Assembly (NCBI GenBank): GCA_964106915.2
Contig: OZ066920.1
DNA: 64,000 nucleotides
Strand: one strand, 5' to 3'
Source of the DNA: Podarcis gaigeae
Taxonomy: Eukaryota
Position 1 is the stretch's first letter; the number at the start of each line of letters is the position of its first letter. The notes below the pieces were generated by a model. It was not told the origin of the DNA. It made no database searches and saw only the letters and a list, made by a program, of their open reading frames with translations. The translations under genes were made by a program, and so were the position numbers. Positions 61,609 to 64,000 of this stretch are shown piece after piece.

Positions 61609-64000
61609 CTGTTCTCCATTATCTACTGCAGAATCAAAATTGTTTCCTACATTGCCTGTAAAAGGCACAGCAGGTTTCTCACTGCTAAGAATATTGTCTG
61701 CCATCTGAACATTGGGTGTCAGGAAGGCAAACTCATTCTTCCTGGTCTCAGAAGACAGACACAGCTGGTAGGAATAGGGCAAAGTCCCATCTTCAAAGTT
61801 GGGTGGGAAGATGGCACCATTCTTGGAATGGGGAACAGGACCAAAGCACTGTAGGAACCTGGGATGCCCTGATTGACGGAGCTTCATTGTAACGGCCAGA
61901 ATCACAGTCAAGAGGAACAAGAAGGAGATCACAGCTAAGGCCAGCACCAAGTAGAACTGCAGGTCAGACTGATACTCCGAGCTGCTGGGTTGGCTCTTCA
62001 TTTCCGGAAGGGCCTCCTGAAAGTTCTCAGCAAACACCAGGTTCAGAGTAATGGTGGCCGAGAGAGACGGCTGCCCGTTATCCTTCACCATAATGATCAG
62101 TCTCTGTTTCACAGCGTCTCTCTCCACAAAGGCCCTGGCGGTCCTGATCTCTCCAGTATGAGAACCAACCGTGAAGAGTGCCGGCTCAGTGGCCTGAGTG
62201 AGGTGGTAGGAGAGCCAGGCGTTGTGTCCAGAATCTGCATCCACGGCCACCACCTTGGTGATAAGATAATCTGCCTCGGCTGAACGAGGCACCATCTCAA
62301 ACAAGGTTGAGCCCTTGGCTTCTTGTGAGGGGGACAGGATACTAGGGCTGTTATCATTCCTGTCAAGAACAAACACCCTGACGCTCACATTGGTGCTGAG
62401 AGGGGGAGAACCCCCATCTTGGGCCTTCACTTGCAGATGGAACTCTCTGAATTGTTCATAGTCAAAGGATCTCTGGGCATAGATGGTGCCGGTCTCTGAA
62501 TTAATGGAGATGTAGGAGGAGATGGGAAGCTCCTCGATGTTGCTGTTGAGGATGGAGTACGTGATCCGTGAGTTCTGGTCCATGTCAGAATCAGAGGCTT
62601 TGATGGTGAAAATGGAGGCACCTGAAGGATTGTTTTCTGGCACATAGATGCTGTAGGTTGATCTCTGAAATGCAGGGGCATTATCATTGATATCTGAGAT
62701 CTGTAGTGAGATTGTTTTGTGTGTGGAAAGAGGTGGGGTTCCTCTATCAGTGGCTGTGATTGTAATATTATATGCAGGAGCTCTTTCTCTGTCCAGGAGA
62801 CTGTCTGTCTGGAGCTTGAAGTAATTGTTAGATGAGGGAAGAATTTTGAAAGGTAAATCATCCCGTAAATAGCAAGTGACCTTTCCATTATCTCCACTAT
62901 CTCTGTCATTTACATTGATCAGAGCAATAACAGTTCCTGGCAGAGAATCTTCAGGAACAGGACTGAACATGGAGGCTAAAGTCACTTCTGGGGCATTATC
63001 ATTCTCATCAAGCACAGTTATTTCAATGTTGGATTGTGCCACCAATCCACCACCATCTTTGGCTTCTACTGTCATGGTATATTCTTTAGTTTCCTCAAAG
63101 TTGAGCAGTCCCGTAAGAGTGACTATGCCATTAATTGGATCCAAACTGAATTTCTTGTGGGTGTTTGCTGCTATGTTGCTGAATTGATACCTGATCTGAG
63201 CATAAGAGCTTTCGTCTTTATCTGAGGCTACAACCTGGAGCACAAGTGACCCAACAGGAACATTTTCAGGTAAATTGACTTTGTACACCTCCTGAGTGAA
63301 AACAGGTGGGTTGTCATTGGCGTCCGTGACATTAATCCGTATCTGGACAGTCCCAGTTTTTCTTGGTTCACCCCCATCCAAGGCTGTAAGGATCAAGTGA
63401 ATTGTCTGTTCACTTTCTCGATCCATAACTTTAGTTAGCACTAATTCTGCATATTTATTTCCATCTTTTCTCTCCCTTACTTCCAAGGTGAAGTAGTGGT
63501 TGGAGCTCAGCTGGTAATTCTGGAGAGAGTTCAACCCAATATCAGGATCTTCTGCTTTCCCAAGGAGAAATCTGGTTCCTAGAACAGTTGATTCTATGAT
63601 CTCCAAGTTGGTTATATCACTGAGGAACTGTGGTGCATTATCATTAATATCCTGTATAACTATGGTTATATGGAAAACATTTAAAGGATTTTCCATCACC
63701 ACTTCAAAATTAATAAGGCAGAGTGGAGTTGTGCCACATATTTCCTCTCTGTCAATCCTGTCATTTACATAGAGATTTCCATTTTCTGCATTGATACCGA
63801 AATACTGCATTTTGTTCACAGAGGCAGCATGCAGATTGCGCCTTCCTAGATCTCTGGCATTCAGTCCCAAATCTTTGGCGAGATTTCCCACAATTGAACC
63901 CTTTGCCATCTCCTCAGGGATAGAATAGCGAATCTGCTCTGAGGCAGCCCAGCAGGAGAAAGGCAAAAATAAGAGAAGCAGTACTTGCCTTCTGAGTGTT
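61609..64000 (-). CDS. Protocadherin gamma-B-like variable exon 10 (subfamily Y), 5' end beyond the window
   Basis: ORF 61591..63966; the frame stays open to the window edge ([22 protein letters not shown]). Donor CAG|GTAAGG at 61609/61608. Confidence 0.93.

Larger units (their letters stand above)
2675..64000 (-). other. PCDHG@: Protocadherin-gamma cluster, variable-exon array (10 exons + 1 pseudogene); constant exons not in window
   Basis: Ten tandem, same-strand ~800-aa single-exon ORFs with six cadherin repeats (DXNDN, LDRE/LDFE, DXD), the EC1 C-X5-C motif, TM, CSE promoters and phase-0 donors. No constant-region peptide (QAPPNTDWRF-like) was seen. Confidence 0.97.

Noticed and set aside
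3051-62283. Recurrent antisense ORFs ([15 protein letters not shown].., [11 protein letters not shown].., [10 protein letters not shown]..) in several copies
   Set aside because: Shadows of the homogenised Pcdh coding strand; many begin at non-ATG codons; recurrence is explained by conversion.
1-64000. CRISPR array, prokaryotic operon or defence system
   Set aside because: No repeat-spacer array or bacterial gene organisation; the sequence is vertebrate.

Overview
Vertebrate genomic DNA, not microbial. The window is part of the variable region of a clustered protocadherin-gamma (PCDHG) locus on the minus strand. The repeat content (Sauria SINE, BovB, CR1, Penelope) points to a squamate, probably a lacertid lizard (inference). 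It holds ten ~2.4-kb variable exons, each encoding signal peptide, EC1-EC6, TM and a variable cytoplasmic tail. Each ends in a phase-0 GT donor that should splice to constant exons outside the window, left of position 1. The nine exons whose promoters lie in the window each have a CSE/CTCF element. Nine exons are gamma-B-like: four 'X' (10.8k, 32.0k, 43.0k, 56.1k), four 'Y' (17.6k, 38.5k, 50.2k, 61.6k) and one chimeric (2.7k). One is gamma-A-like (24.2k), and a gamma-A pseudogene missed by the ORF track lies at ~6.4-8.0k. Intergenic homologies indicate four copies of a Y-X-A triplet, with the gamma-A member deleted twice and pseudogenised once. Other points of note: domain-wise gene conversion has shuffled EC1-EC4; the CSE CpG is lost in six of nine promoters; an orphan cytoplasmic-tail segment downstream of X exons keeps a donor and forms an in-frame 135-nt candidate cassette exon in one copy; there is a reverse-oriented CTCF motif; and a young Penelope insertion carries a hammerhead-ribozyme core. 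All alignments were done by eye, so identities are approximate.
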